Positions 37,541 to 47,980 are shown, numbered from the stretch's first letter. The stretch: 64,000 bases of DNA from Planctomycetota bacterium (GCA_965223545.1 OZ245006.1:5920001-5984000), one strand, 5' to 3'. The notes: generated from the letters alone by a model not told the origin. Translations and numbers: made by a program.

Positions 37541-38698
37541 TCAGAAGACCAGGTAGAAGCCGTGGCCCGGTACCGCGGCGACGCGGACCGACTGCCACCA
37601 TTCGACCGGATCGGCGGTGCTGCCGACGACGTCGGTGGGTTTGCCCTTCGGATCGAATACCCGCCAGTGCAGGTGGCCGCCGCGCACGCCTTCGACCCAG
37701 GCCATCAGCACGGAGCCGCGCTTGCCGACCGCGATCTGCATCCGCTTCATCGGGGCTTCGGAGACCGCCGTGGCAGTGACGCGTTCGGTGGGTTTGGACA
37801 GTGGGGCGTAGTAGGCCTGCCAATCGGTCTGCCACGCGATGAAGGCGCTGTCGTCGGAGCTGGCGAGCGAAGTGTTGGACGCCGGGCAGGTCTGGATGCG
37901 CCACGGGTCGATGCGGATCGGCCTGAAGGACTTGCCGCCGTTGGTGGACCTCAGGGTCAGCATGTCGCGGTGCACGTTCTTTCGCGCGGAGCGGTAGGCG
38001 ACGAGGATGGTGCCGTCGGCCTGTGAGTGGGCGTCGATCGTGCAGCAGGCGCAGACGCCCTCGTCGGCGGCATCGATCACGCCCGGCTCGTCGAACGTCT
38101 TGCCGTTGTCGGTGGACCGCGCCACCATCATCATTCGCGTCGCCTCGTCGGCAAACCGACCTTGGTGCCAGATGACCACGACGCTGCCCTTGCCGTCGGC
38201 GGCCACGTCGGGCCCCGCTTCCAGTCCTCGGGCGCCCTTGCGCATCACGTTCTGTTCCGGCTCGAACTCGCCGTTGTCCGCATCGGCGCGCGTGTACCAC
38301 ATGCCCCATGGTTTGCCCGCCGTCATCCACACCGCGTGCAGCTTGCCGTCGGCGGCCAAGGTGACGCGCGGTTGGCACAGTGCGCGCGCACCCCTGCCCC
38401 CGTCACCCCCGATGCGCACGGGATCGCTCCAGCTCGACGCGGTCGCGCCACGCCGCGCGTAGTACACGCCCGCGCGCCGTTGCCACACCTGCTGTGGCTT
38501 GGCACCGTCGGCGCTCGCCTCGGCGGGAGCCGCATCGGGCATCGAGAACACCGCGTGCAGGGTGCCCTTGCGGTCGGTGACGAGGTCGAACTGGGCGGCG
38601 CCCGGCGGGCGCGCGACGATCGTCACCTTCGGGGGATCCGTGGGGGTCGCGGAGCTGGCCAGCAGGGTCAGCCAAACGGTGATGGAGAGCGAGTGCAC
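37541..38698 (-). CDS. Exported BNR/sialidase-fold protein with CxCC and CP motifs
   Basis: Signal peptide, STDNGKTF and STNGGKSF Asp boxes, VCACC, IQTCP; GTG start preceded by TACAGT. Confidence 0.72.
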   Translation of the reverse strand: MHSLSITVWLTLLASSATPTDPPKVTIVARPPGAAQFDLVTDRKGTLHAVFSMPDAAPAEASADGAKPQQVWQRRAGVYYARRGATASSWSDPVRIGGDGGRGARALCQPRVTLAADGKLHAVWMTAGKPWGMWYTRADADNGEFEPEQNVMRKGARGLEAGPDVAADGKGSVVVIWHQGRFADEATRMMMVARSTDNGKTFDEPGVIDAADEGVCACCTIDAHSQADGTILVAYRSARKNVHRDMLTLRSTNGGKSFRPIRIDPWRIQTCPASNTSLASSDDSAFIAWQTDWQAYYAPLSKPTERVTATAVSEAPMKRMQIAVGKRGSVLMAWVEGVRGGHLHWRVFDPKGKPTDVVGSTADPVEWWQSVRVAAVPGHGFYLVF

Positions 38699-38783
38699 GG
38701 CCGAACTGTAGGCCAGACCGGCGGGCGAAACTCGCGATCCAGGCCGAATCAGGAGGAACACCTCGGTCGTCCGGCGACCTCGC

Positions 38784-40859
38784 TCAGCCGCCGGCGAGCG
38801 CTTCGCGGATGGCGGCGGCCACCGGCTCGGCCAAGGCGCGCGAGCCCGCCGCGGTGAAGTGCACGTCGCTCGCCTTCTGGATCTCCTCGAGCCGGGTGCT
38901 GGCGAACCCGTACAGGTCATTGATCGGCACTTCCGCCGCGGTCATCACGCGCCGCGCGATGTCGTTGTAGAGCTCGACATCGGCAGGATCGCGGTAGGGA
39001 CGCACGCCGGGTCCGGGTACGGGCGTCGTCGTGGCGAACACCAGCTGCGCTCCGGTGGCGCGCAGAGTGGCCGTGATCCGCCGCAGCTGCTCCTCGTAGC
39101 GCTCCGGCTCCGACTGCCTCGGATCGTCCGGGTCGTTCGAGTTCCTGCCGTCCGGCCGCACGCGCTTGAGATCGTGCAAGCCGAAATTGAAGTGGATCAC
39201 GTCCCACGCGCGGCCCGAAGCGCGCGCCCCGGGCGTCCGCAACCACGCCTCGACGCGGCCCGCGCCGTGCAGGGTGCCGGCGCAGTTCTCGTCGGCGCCG
39301 TTCTTGAACGTCGGTCGGGTGACGAACGCGTCGCCGCGCAGCGCCGCGGCGACGTGCGGCGCGTAGCCCATCGAGATCGAGTCGCCCAGCAGCAGCACGC
39401 GTGGCGCTTCGGTGTGCGCCGGGTTCTCGCGCGGCACCGCCGCCTTGAACTCGCGCAGCGCGCTGCGCAATGCGATGCCGAGGCCGTTCACCACGTCGGG
39501 GTTGTCGTCGGCGACGTCGCGCGTCTCGCGCGGGTCGGCGGCCAGGTCGAACAGCTCTGTGCGCGCGCCCTCGTAGCGGTGGATCAGCTTCCAGCGGCCG
39601 CGGCGCAGCACGCTGTAGGGTCGGATGCGGAGCCCTTGGCGGTAGTGCGGGAAGTGCCAGACCAGATCGCGCGGCATCGTGCCGCGCGCCGGGTTGTGGG
39701 CCAGCGCCAGCAGCGAGACCCCGTCGATCGTCAGGCCGTGCGGGGCGGTGATCCGGCACGCCGCCAACACCGTTGGCAAGATGTCGATGCCGCTGACGGG
39801 CGCGTTGCACTCGCCGCCGTTGGCGATAGTGCCGGGCCAGTGCATGATGAACGGCACCCGGAGTCCGCCCTCGTAGGCGTGGCCCTTGCCGGCGCGCAGC
39901 GGCCGGTTGTCGGTCGGACCGGACAGCCCGCCGTTGTCGGAGGTGAAGATCACCAGAGTGCGCTCGCGCAGCCCGGCGGCGGCCAAGCTGGCGACGATCG
40001 CGCCCACCGCCCGGTCGACGCGGTCGACCATCGCCGCGTAGCGCGGGTTGTTCTGTCGGCCGTCGGCGGCGCGGTCCGCGTAGCGCGCGATCGCGTCGTC
40101 GGGCGCCTGGATCGGTGTGTGCACCGCGTACGGGGCGTAGTGCAGAAAGAACGGCCGGTCGCGATGGGCCGCGATGAACGCGGTGCACTCGGCGGCTTCG
40201 CGGTCGGTGAGGTACTCGCCGGCGCGGCGCGGCGGTAGGGTCGGGATGCCGTCCGGCAGGCGATCGTTCGCGTACGGATCGAAGTAGCTCGGCGGTTGAC
40301 CGAAATCGCAGCCGCCGTGGTTCTCGTCGAACCCCTGCTCGGTCGGATACCACTCGTCGTCGCCGAGGTGCCACTTGCCGACATGGGCGGTGGCGTAGCC
40401 CGCGTTGCGCAGCAGCTCGGCGACCGTTTGCTCGCGGTGCGGCAGCCAGAATCCGTTGGCTGGACACGACAGCAGCTGACCCCATTGCTCGGTCCATTCG
40501 GTCGGCGGCGCGTCGGGCGTGGTGCCGCCCGGGCGCTGGAACCTGGCGCGGATCCAATCGGTGATGCCGTAGCGCGCCGGGTAGCGGCCGGTGAGCACGG
40601 CGGCACGGCTCGGCGAGCAGACGGCGGCGGCGGCGTAGGCTTGGCCGAAGCGCACGCCTTCGGCAGCCAGCGCGTCGATGTGCGGCGTTTGGTAGTAGCG
40701 GCTGCCCTGACAGCCGAGATCGCGCCAGCCGAGATCGTCGACCACGATGAGCACGACGTTGGGCGGCGTCTGGGGCTGCACTGCGGGAGCGGCCGCGACG
40801 GCGGCGCCCGCCACCAACAGCGGGGTCCACGGGCCGACGGGTGTGGCGGGGTCGCGCAT
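38784..40859 (-). CDS. Formylglycine-type sulfatase fused to a C-terminal SGNH hydrolase
   Basis: PNVVLIVVDDLG, CSPSRAAVLTG, GKWHLG, SDNG; then LLGDSIS, HFNFGLHD and DVHF. Confidence 0.92.
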   Translation of the reverse strand: MRDPATPVGPWTPLLVAGAAVAAAPAVQPQTPPNVVLIVVDDLGWRDLGCQGSRYYQTPHIDALAAEGVRFGQAYAAAAVCSPSRAAVLTGRYPARYGITDWIRARFQRPGGTTPDAPPTEWTEQWGQLLSCPANGFWLPHREQTVAELLRNAGYATAHVGKWHLGDDEWYPTEQGFDENHGGCDFGQPPSYFDPYANDRLPDGIPTLPPRRAGEYLTDREAAECTAFIAAHRDRPFFLHYAPYAVHTPIQAPDDAIARYADRAADGRQNNPRYAAMVDRVDRAVGAIVASLAAAGLRERTLVIFTSDNGGLSGPTDNRPLRAGKGHAYEGGLRVPFIMHWPGTIANGGECNAPVSGIDILPTVLAACRITAPHGLTIDGVSLLALAHNPARGTMPRDLVWHFPHYRQGLRIRPYSVLRRGRWKLIHRYEGARTELFDLAADPRETRDVADDNPDVVNGLGIALRSALREFKAAVPRENPAHTEAPRVLLLGDSISMGYAPHVAAALRGDAFVTRPTFKNGADENCAGTLHGAGRVEAWLRTPGARASGRAWDVIHFNFGLHDLKRVRPDGRNSNDPDDPRQSEPERYEEQLRRITATLRATGAQLVFATTTPVPGPGVRPYRDPADVELYNDIARRVMTAAEVPINDLYGFASTRLEEIQKASDVHFTAAGSRALAEPVAAAIREALAGG

Positions 40860-40886
40860 GGGCACGACCTTAACCGGGTCGGCTCG

Positions 40887-41993
40887 TCAGGCGTACATCG
40901 CCGCGATCTCGTCGCGCCCGGCTTCCAGGTCGTCGGGAGTCTTGATCGGGAAGAAGCGGCAATCGGTGCCGGTGCGCTTGACCTTGACGAAGTTGGTCGA
41001 CAGCCAACGGGTCAGCTCGCCGATCAGCCGCTCGATCTGCACGGCCGGCCGATCCTCGACCTTCTTCTGCACGAAGTACCACCCCAGATCGAAATCGCGA
41101 TCGAGGGCGTCGGCGCGGAAGTGGAACGTGTTGGTGTTGAATACGTCGACGATGTCGGGGTCGAAATCGGCCGGAAACCGCACCTGCTCGATCAGCTGGG
41201 TGCGGCCATCGACTTCGAACGGCGATCCGCCGACGTCGCCGGGCCACTTGGGTGCGCACTCGACGGTCGCCTGCGCGTGGCTCTTGATATGGTGGCCGAG
41301 CAACAGGGGGCTGACGCGGGCGCCGAGGTTGTCGACGTTGCAGACGAACAGGTGCTTGCCGCCGGCGTCGAGGAACCTCTGCAGGCATCCATGCGCGCGC
41401 AGTGCCGGGGCAAAGTCGCCGTGGCCGGGTCCGTACGGCGAGATCTCGCCGTTGTCGAGGGCGAAGATGTCGCCGTCCGGTTGCAGGCGCACCGAGATGA
41501 ACTGGGTGAACGAGCGCACGTGCTCGCGGTCGAGGCCGAAGGTGTCGTTCTCGGCGAGGTGCGCGGCGGTGGCTTCGTCCGTGGCAAAGCTGTTCATCAG
41601 CCAGATCGGAATCCGGCCATCGCACTCCTGCGCGACGCGGGCGATGTCCTGCAGCTTGAGGCCGAGAAAGCTGGTACTGCCGACCACGGGCACGACGCCC
41701 TTGACGACGCCGCCGAAGCGCGTCGCCATGCCGCCGTTCAGTACGACGACGCCGAGCTCGCCGCGGCGGATCGCCTCGCGGCCGGTCTCGATCAATGCGG
41801 TGGCCTGCTCCGAGTCCGCCGCCGGCAGGTCGTCGATGGTGCCGGCGGGCGGCGGGCTGATGGGGGCGGTGCAGGTGTTGCTTAGCAGCGAGAGTCGGCC
41901 GTCGCGTACGGCGCCGCGCCAGCTCTCGAACAGCTCCGGGTCGAAGCCATAGCGATCGAGGTAGGCGCGCTGTTCGTCGGTCAAAGTCTTCAC
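40887..41993 (-). CDS. UDPGP-family UTP-hexose-1-phosphate uridylyltransferase (non-GalU type)
   Basis: LNGGMATRFGGVVKG, LMNSF, PGHGD, NVDNLG, FNTN and RFFPIK motifs. Confidence 0.85.
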   Translation of the reverse strand: MKTLTDEQRAYLDRYGFDPELFESWRGAVRDGRLSLLSNTCTAPISPPPAGTIDDLPAADSEQATALIETGREAIRRGELGVVVLNGGMATRFGGVVKGVVPVVGSTSFLGLKLQDIARVAQECDGRIPIWLMNSFATDEATAAHLAENDTFGLDREHVRSFTQFISVRLQPDGDIFALDNGEISPYGPGHGDFAPALRAHGCLQRFLDAGGKHLFVCNVDNLGARVSPLLLGHHIKSHAQATVECAPKWPGDVGGSPFEVDGRTQLIEQVRFPADFDPDIVDVFNTNTFHFRADALDRDFDLGWYFVQKKVEDRPAVQIERLIGELTRWLSTNFVKVKRTGTDCRFFPIKTPDDLEAGRDEIAAMYA

Positions 41994-42143
41994 GGTGGCG
42001 GGGCGAGCGAGAGGGGAGAGTTGAACCGCGAGACACTAGCGCAGCGGTGGTGCCAACCCACGGTGGAACTCTCGACCGGTCGGTTTTTTGCCTCCGGCTG
42101 TTGTCGCCGTCGCCGACGGCGGCGAAAACGCGACCCCTGACCG

Positions 42144-44114
42144 ATGGCCGAATCGCGCACCAACGCGGCAGTCCGCCTGCCGGGGCATGCGCCGCTCACC
42201 GCGCTGCGCGGCGTCGGTCCGGTGCTGGCCGCCCGGCTCCGCGCCGCCGGCATCGCCGATCTCGCGGCGTTGGTCACCTGGTTTCCGCGCCGGCTGCGCG
42301 CCCTGCGTCGGATCGAGAGTCCAGCCGAGGCGGAGCCGGGTGCGTGGGTGCGGGTCGACGGCCGGGTCACCGGTGCGCGGCGCAGCTACCTGCCCGGCCG
42401 CCGGGTGCGCGTCGTGGTGTCGTTCGCCGCCGGCGATGGTACGCCGTTCGACGTGGTGTTCTTCAACCAGCCGTTCCGCGCGGCTGCCTATACGGTGGGC
42501 GAGCAGCGCACGGTCGAGGGCGTGCTCGAGCGGTCCGGCCGCCGCTTCGCGGTGGGGCGGGCCGTCGTGTTGCCGCGCGGTGCGCGGCCGACGGTTCCGT
42601 TTCAGCTGGGCTATCCGGCGGTGGATGGGGTCTCCGATCAGCGCTTGGCGGCGTTGATCGGGCAGGCGCTCGACCTGCTCGACGCGGATGCCTGGCCGCC
42701 GCCACACTTGCCCGCGGGTCTGCTACTCGATGCCCCGCTGCCGCCGGCGGGCGCGGCGCTGCGCGCGATGCACAGTCCGCGCGACCTGCGCGAGTACGAA
42801 GGCGCGCGGCTGCGCTTCGCGCTGGCGGAGGCGGCGGCCCTGTTTCGCGGCATCGAGGCGGCGGCACGCGCGCGGCGCGCGGCGGCTTCCGCTGCCGTGG
42901 TCGACGACCCGGCGTTGTCGGCGTGTATCGCCGAGGTCGTGCCGTTCTCGTGGACGGAGGATCAGCAGCGCGCCGTGGCCCGTATCGACCGCGCCCTGCG
43001 CGGCAGCTCGCCGATGGGGCTGCTGCTGCAGGGTGATGTCGGCACCGGCAAGACCGCGGTCGCGGTATATGCGGCAGTGGCCGTGCTGCGCGCGGGCGCG
43101 CAGGTCGCGTTCTTGGCGCCGACCGAACTCTTGGCCGAGCAGATCGCCGCGGTGCTGCGCGAGTGGTTGGCGCCGATCGGCGTCGAGCCGGAGCTGCTGA
43201 CGGCCAGTCGGCCCGGCGCGGCAGCGCGCGCGGTCCGCACCGCATTGGCGGTCGGCCGCGCGCCGCTGGTCGTGGGCACGCACGCCCTGCTGTCGGCAGC
43301 GACCGAGTTCGAGCGCCTCGGTCTGGTGGTGATCGACGAGCAGCATCGCTTCGGCGTCGACCAGCGGCAGGCCCTGGTGGGCAAGGGCAGGGCGCCGCAC
43401 ATCCTGACGATGTCGGCGACGCCGATCCCGCGCACCCTCGCGCTCGCCCTGTACGGAGACCTCGACCAGGTGGTGCTGCGCCAGCGGCCGTGCGGCCGCC
43501 GCCCGGCACCGGCGTTGTTCGTCACCCGGCGCCACTGGCCGCGCGTGGTGCGCGCCGTGCGCCGTCGCGCGCGGCGGGGTCAGCAGTGCTATGTCGTCTG
43601 CGCGCAGATCGGGCTCGACGGCGAGAAGGGCGGAGCGGTCTGTCTGCACCGCGAGCTGTCGGCAGTGGCGCGGTGTGGGTTGGTGCACGGTCGCCTGTCG
43701 ATGGACGAACGCCGCGCGACCACCGCCGCGTTCCGCCGCGGAGAGCTCGACGTCCTGGTCGGCACGACGGTGCTGGAGGTCGGCCTCGACGTCGCCAGCG
43801 CGACCCTGATGGTCGTGATCGGCGCCGAGAGCTTTGGCATCGCGACCCTGCATCAGCTGCGCGGCCGAGTGGGGCGCGGCCGCCGGCGCGGGCTGTGTGT
43901 CCTGACCGGCGAGCCGACCGAGCGCACGCGCGCGGTGTGCGCCACCACCGACGGGTTCGCGCTGGCCGAGAGCGATCTCCGGCTGCGCGGTGCCGGGGAG
44001 CTGTCGGGCTTGCGGCAGAGCGGCGCCGGCGAGCTGCGCGTGCTCGATCCGGTCGAGGACTTCGAGTTGTTGGCGCGCGTGCGCGCGGCAGTGCGGGCGG
44101 AGGCGAGCGGTTGA
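42144..44114 (+). CDS. recG: ATP-dependent DNA helicase RecG
   Basis: LQGDVGTGKT, APTELLAEQ, IDEQHRFGV, SATPIPRTL, LHQLRGRVGRG and DLRLRGAG motifs. Confidence 0.94.
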   Translation: MAESRTNAAVRLPGHAPLTALRGVGPVLAARLRAAGIADLAALVTWFPRRLRALRRIESPAEAEPGAWVRVDGRVTGARRSYLPGRRVRVVVSFAAGDGTPFDVVFFNQPFRAAAYTVGEQRTVEGVLERSGRRFAVGRAVVLPRGARPTVPFQLGYPAVDGVSDQRLAALIGQALDLLDADAWPPPHLPAGLLLDAPLPPAGAALRAMHSPRDLREYEGARLRFALAEAAALFRGIEAAARARRAAASAAVVDDPALSACIAEVVPFSWTEDQQRAVARIDRALRGSSPMGLLLQGDVGTGKTAVAVYAAVAVLRAGAQVAFLAPTELLAEQIAAVLREWLAPIGVEPELLTASRPGAAARAVRTALAVGRAPLVVGTHALLSAATEFERLGLVVIDEQHRFGVDQRQALVGKGRAPHILTMSATPIPRTLALALYGDLDQVVLRQRPCGRRPAPALFVTRRHWPRVVRAVRRRARRGQQCYVVCAQIGLDGEKGGAVCLHRELSAVARCGLVHGRLSMDERRATTAAFRRGELDVLVGTTVLEVGLDVASATLMVVIGAESFGIATLHQLRGRVGRGRRRGLCVLTGEPTERTRAVCATTDGFALAESDLRLRGAGELSGLRQSGAGELRVLDPVEDFELLARVRAAVRAEASG

Positions 44115-44150
44115 TTCCGCGGTCGGCCGGGCCGGGTATGGTGGCCGCCC

Positions 44151-44810
44151 GTGACCGACCCGCAATCGCCCCCCGTCCTCTCGGTCGCCGCCGCGCGCGC
44201 CTTGGACCGCGCCGCCGTCGACGAACTGGGCATGCCCTCGCTCCTGCTGATGGAGAACGCGGCGCGGGCAGTCGCCGCGCAGGCGCAGAGCATGGGCGAT
44301 CGGTTCGTCGTGCTCTGTGGACCGGGCAACAACGGTGGTGATGGGCTCGGCGCGGTCCGTCACCTGCGCGGCCGCGTTCAAGTGGCGCTGTTGGCCGAGC
44401 CGGACCCCGCGCGTTGCCCCGACGCGGCCTTGCAGTACCGCATCCTGCGCGCTGCCGGGATCGCCGTCGAGGTTGGCGCGCTGCCCGCCCTGGCGGACGA
44501 CGAGCGCGCGGTCTGGATCGACGCGCTGTTCGGCACCGGGCTGGGACGCCCGGTCACGGGGACAGCGCGCGCGTGGATCGAGGCGTTCAACGCCGCGCCC
44601 GGTGCCAAGCTCAGCGTCGACATCCCGAGTGGGCTGCACGGAGATCGCGGCGCGGTCCTCGGCGTCGCGTGCCGCGCCGATGTGACCGTGACCTTCGCGG
44701 CGGCCAAGCCGGGCTTGCTGGTTGCCGCGGCACGTGGCTTCGTCGGCCGCCTCGTGGTCGCGCCCTTGGGGCTGCCGCCGGGCTACGACGGAGGGACCCT
44801 CGCCGATTGA
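44151..44810 (+). CDS. nnrE: NAD(P)H-hydrate epimerase (stand-alone YjeF_N)
   Basis: LMENAA, CGPGNNGGDG, DALFGTG, DIPSG and TVTF motifs. Confidence 0.92.
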   Translation: MTDPQSPPVLSVAAARALDRAAVDELGMPSLLLMENAARAVAAQAQSMGDRFVVLCGPGNNGGDGLGAVRHLRGRVQVALLAEPDPARCPDAALQYRILRAAGIAVEVGALPALADDERAVWIDALFGTGLGRPVTGTARAWIEAFNAAPGAKLSVDIPSGLHGDRGAVLGVACRADVTVTFAAAKPGLLVAAARGFVGRLVVAPLGLPPGYDGGTLAD

Positions 44811-44869
44811 ACGGCGTGGCCAGACCAGCCAAGCACGCGTTGACCCCTGCCGCGGACTCGACCGACGCC

Positions 44870-46081
44870 GTGTCACCGCCGCAGCACCGGCTGCGGCGCA
44901 ATCTCCGGCTGTACCCTTGGTTCCAAGCCGGGCGTTCGCTGCTGTTCTGGCAGGCTGCGTGGTTCTTGTATCTCGAGGCCCAGGTGTCCGCGGCGCTGGC
45001 GCTGTCGATCGCCGTCCTGTACGACGTCGGCGTCGTCCTCTTCGAGGTGCCCACCGGCTACGTGTCCGACCGGTTCGGCCGGCGCGCAACCCTGTGTGCG
45101 TCGGCGCTGGCGAGCTGCGTGGGCTGCGCGCTGTTGTTCTCCGGCCTCGGCTTCGCGGTGTTGGCCACCGGGCAGCTCTTGCTCGGCCTCGGCGCCGCGC
45201 TCGCGTCGGGTACGGACACCTCGTTGTTGTACGAGTCCCTTGATGCGCTGGACGAGGGCGAGCAGGTCGGCCGGCACGAGGTGCGCGCCTGGCGCGCGAT
45301 CGGCCTCGCGCTGGCCGGCTCCGCTCTGATCGGTGGGCTGTGCTCACTTTGGTCGCTGCGCGTGCCCTACCTGCTCAGCGCCGGTGCCGCATTCGCGGCA
45401 ATCGGTATCGCGTTCCTGTTTGCCGAGCCACCGCGGCAGCGGCGCGCGGCGGCAGTGTTGCCCCAGCTGCGCGCCTGCGCTTCGCTGCTGCGCGATTCCG
45501 TGCTGCGCTGGGTGCTGGTGGTGACCGTGCTCATCGTTTTGGGCGAAGATCTGCCGTACGTGTACCAGCAGCCGTACGTGCGCGCGCTGCTCGCCGACCT
45601 CGGCTGGCAGGCGCACACTCCCTGGATCACCGGCGCGGTGATCGCGGTCACCATGGCGGTGGCGGCGGGCGGCGCGGGTCTCGGCCTGCGCGCCGCGCGC
45701 CGGTACGGGCCGATGCTCGCACTGCTGGGCTGCACCGCGCTGGGCTGGTCGGTCCTCATGGCGATGGCCAGCTGGCAGCACGCCGCGGCAGTAGGCCTGT
45801 TGGCGATGCGCATGCTCCCCGGTGCGGCGGCCGCACCACTGCTGGCACAGACGGTGCATCCGCGCGTGCCGAGTGCGCTGCGCGCGACCTATTTCTCGCT
45901 GCAGAGCCTGGTCGGGCGGTTGGTGCTGTCGGGCACCGTGCTGCTGTCGGCGACCGCGGTCGCGGGCCGCCGGAGCGTGGATGGCGCCGCCCTGGATGCG
46001 GTGCTGCCGATCCAAGCGGTGTGCGCCGGGCTCGTGCTAGTCGCCCTGGTCGCGGTGCGGCCGCGCTCGCCAGGGTCGTAG
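44870..46081 (+). CDS. MFS transporter
   Basis: FEVPTGYVSDRFGRR, SGTDTSLLYESL, LRAT..S and about 12 TM segments. Start is 44870 or 44807. Confidence 0.88.
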   Translation: MSPPQHRLRRNLRLYPWFQAGRSLLFWQAAWFLYLEAQVSAALALSIAVLYDVGVVLFEVPTGYVSDRFGRRATLCASALASCVGCALLFSGLGFAVLATGQLLLGLGAALASGTDTSLLYESLDALDEGEQVGRHEVRAWRAIGLALAGSALIGGLCSLWSLRVPYLLSAGAAFAAIGIAFLFAEPPRQRRAAAVLPQLRACASLLRDSVLRWVLVVTVLIVLGEDLPYVYQQPYVRALLADLGWQAHTPWITGAVIAVTMAVAAGGAGLGLRAARRYGPMLALLGCTALGWSVLMAMASWQHAAAVGLLAMRMLPGAAAAPLLAQTVHPRVPSALRATYFSLQSLVGRLVLSGTVLLSATAVAGRRSVDGAALDAVLPIQAVCAGLVLVALVAVRPRSPGS

Positions 46082-46108
46082 GGGGGCGTTGGTTTGATCG
46101 GTGTTCGG

Positions 46109-47980
46109 TTACGTGAGCGGCGCGAGGAGGCCCATTTGGTAGTGGGTGGCGCTGGCGATCGTCGCGGCGATGAGCACGACCGCGGCGACGCGGCAGGACC
46201 ACACGCCACCGCGGCGAACCAGCACTGTGCGCAGGAGCGCCCCCGCCAGTACAGGTAGTAGGGCCGCGGCTGCCCACGGCAGCATCATCAGCGCAATGAT
46301 GCTGAGCGATGGCGGGTGGAAGAGCAGGACTTCCAGATCCACGCGCGAGAGGTAGAGCCAGCCGGCAATCGGGAACGCGGCGTGCACGGTGACGAGCGCC
46401 AGCGCACAGATTTCGTGTGCGGTGCACGGCGGTCTTCGTTTCCTCGCTCGCCGAGCGAAGGCGACCGTTGCGAGCAAGAGATACGTCGCGAAGGCCGCGC
46501 CACACGCCAGCAGCGTGCGAAGGTGTGTGGCGCGGGTCTCGAACCAGGCGAGCCGTCGGTAGGCGCCGGCCCCCAGCAAGAGAAACTCCGGTTCGCCGCG
46601 GTCATCGTCGAGAAACGCACACTCCCGAGCACTACCGCGGCGCCGCAGCCGGCCAGCAGCGTACTCGTAATGCTCCGCGCCCCCGATCTCGATGTTGCCG
46701 CCGCCGGCGTCGGTGACTTCGATCTCGTCGACTAGGAGGGCCGACTCGAGCATGCCGCACGGGTCGGTCACGTTGCGGTACACGCCGGCGTAGCGCGCGG
46801 CACGCGCGGCGGCTCCGGGCAGTGGTGGCGGCTCATCGGTCGGCTCGAGTCGCGACTCTGGCATGAAGTGATCTACGAGCGCGCCGCCGAGGTCCCGGTG
46901 AAAGCGAGCGGCTCGGTTCAGGGATGGGCCTGGCCCGAAGATCGACAAGTTGTGCGCCGAGAACCAACCGATTCCACGGTCGGGCAGGAGCACCGCGCGC
47001 GCGAGGAACCCCGAGGCCCGCCCGCTCTTGTGCAGACCGCGCGTGTCACCGCGCTCGAACTCCTCGAAACCGAAGCTGCGGCCCTGCACGCCGGGCGCGG
47101 CGCGGAATTGCACGGTGGTCATTTTCTGAACCGCTTCGGCGCCGAGCACACGCACTCCGTCGACTCGCCCGTTTGCAAGGAGCAGCCGGAGTACCATGGC
47201 CATGTCCCGCCCGCTGCTGAACGCGCCGGCCGCTGGGAGGGTTTGCACGGCGTCGACCGCGCAGGCCACGTGCCTTTCTCCGTCCCATGAGTAGCTACGC
47301 GCCAGCGTGATTCCTCGGTTGCTCTGGTCAAAAGTCGTCGCAGCCAGACCGAGTGGTGCGAACAGCGCTCGGTCGGCGTGTGCGCCGAAGTCGGTGCCCG
47401 TCGCCTGCTCGACCAAGTGGCCCGCCAGGGTCGTACCGTAGTCGTTGTAGGAAATGACGTGGCCCGGGGGCATCACGCGTTGCGTTATGTGTCGCGAAAG
47501 CCACGCCCCCAAGGGGCTCAGTTGGTCAGTGCGTGGTAGATGTTGGCCGACGAACGACTCCTGGAAGCCGGCAGTGTGGGTCAATAGGTGGAACAGGGTG
47601 ACCGGCGGGTCGGCCGCGGTGCCGACCTTGAACTCGGTGAGGGTGTCGTCGATGTCGTCGTGCAGGGTGAGGCGGCCGCGCTCGACTTGTTGCAGCGCCA
47701 GGATGCAGGTGATCGGTTTCGACAGCGAGCCGATGCGGAACGCGGTGTCCAAGTCGACGGGTTTGCGGGGTTCCAGGGTCGCGTTGCCGTAGCCCCTGCC
47801 GTGTACGATTCTCTCCGCAGTGACCAGGACGAATACAACCCCTGGCACGTGCGCCGCCTCGATCTCCGCGTCGATCCACGGATCGACGAACGCGGCGACG
47901 TCGTTGCCGTCCACGATGTCCGGAAGTTGTGCCGGTGTCGCCGCCGCAATGCAAAGTGTGAAGGTGGCGATGCAGGTCAT
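46109..47980 (-). CDS. Serine hydrolase (beta-lactamase/AmpC-like fold) with C-terminal membrane helices
   Basis: FRIGSLSK (SxxK), LLTHTAG, SYND and HKSG motifs; signal peptide; C-terminal TM segments. Confidence 0.88.
   Translation of the reverse strand: MTCIATFTLCIAAATPAQLPDIVDGNDVAAFVDPWIDAEIEAAHVPGVVFVLVTAERIVHGRGYGNATLEPRKPVDLDTAFRIGSLSKPITCILALQQVERGRLTLHDDIDDTLTEFKVGTAADPPVTLFHLLTHTAGFQESFVGQHLPRTDQLSPLGAWLSRHITQRVMPPGHVISYNDYGTTLAGHLVEQATGTDFGAHADRALFAPLGLAATTFDQSNRGITLARSYSWDGERHVACAVDAVQTLPAAGAFSSGRDMAMVLRLLLANGRVDGVRVLGAEAVQKMTTVQFRAAPGVQGRSFGFEEFERGDTRGLHKSGRASGFLARAVLLPDRGIGWFSAHNLSIFGPGPSLNRAARFHRDLGGALVDHFMPESRLEPTDEPPPLPGAAARAARYAGVYRNVTDPCGMLESALLVDEIEVTDAGGGNIEIGGAEHYEYAAGRLRRRGSARECAFLDDDRGEPEFLLLGAGAYRRLAWFETRATHLRTLLACGAAFATYLLLATVAFARRARKRRPPCTAHEICALALVTVHAAFPIAGWLYLSRVDLEVLLFHPPSLSIIALMMLPWAAAALLPVLAGALLRTVLVRRGGVWSCRVAAVVLIAATIASATHYQMGLLAPLT

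Noticed and set aside
42073..42128. T6 run and a GC hairpin between the UDPGP gene and recG
   Set aside because: The genes are divergent and the U-tract is not positioned after a proper stem-loop, so it is not a credible terminator.
46109..47980. Antibiotic-resistance beta-lactamase
   Set aside because: It has only the generic SxxK serine-hydrolase fold with membrane helices, which is not sufficient to call resistance.
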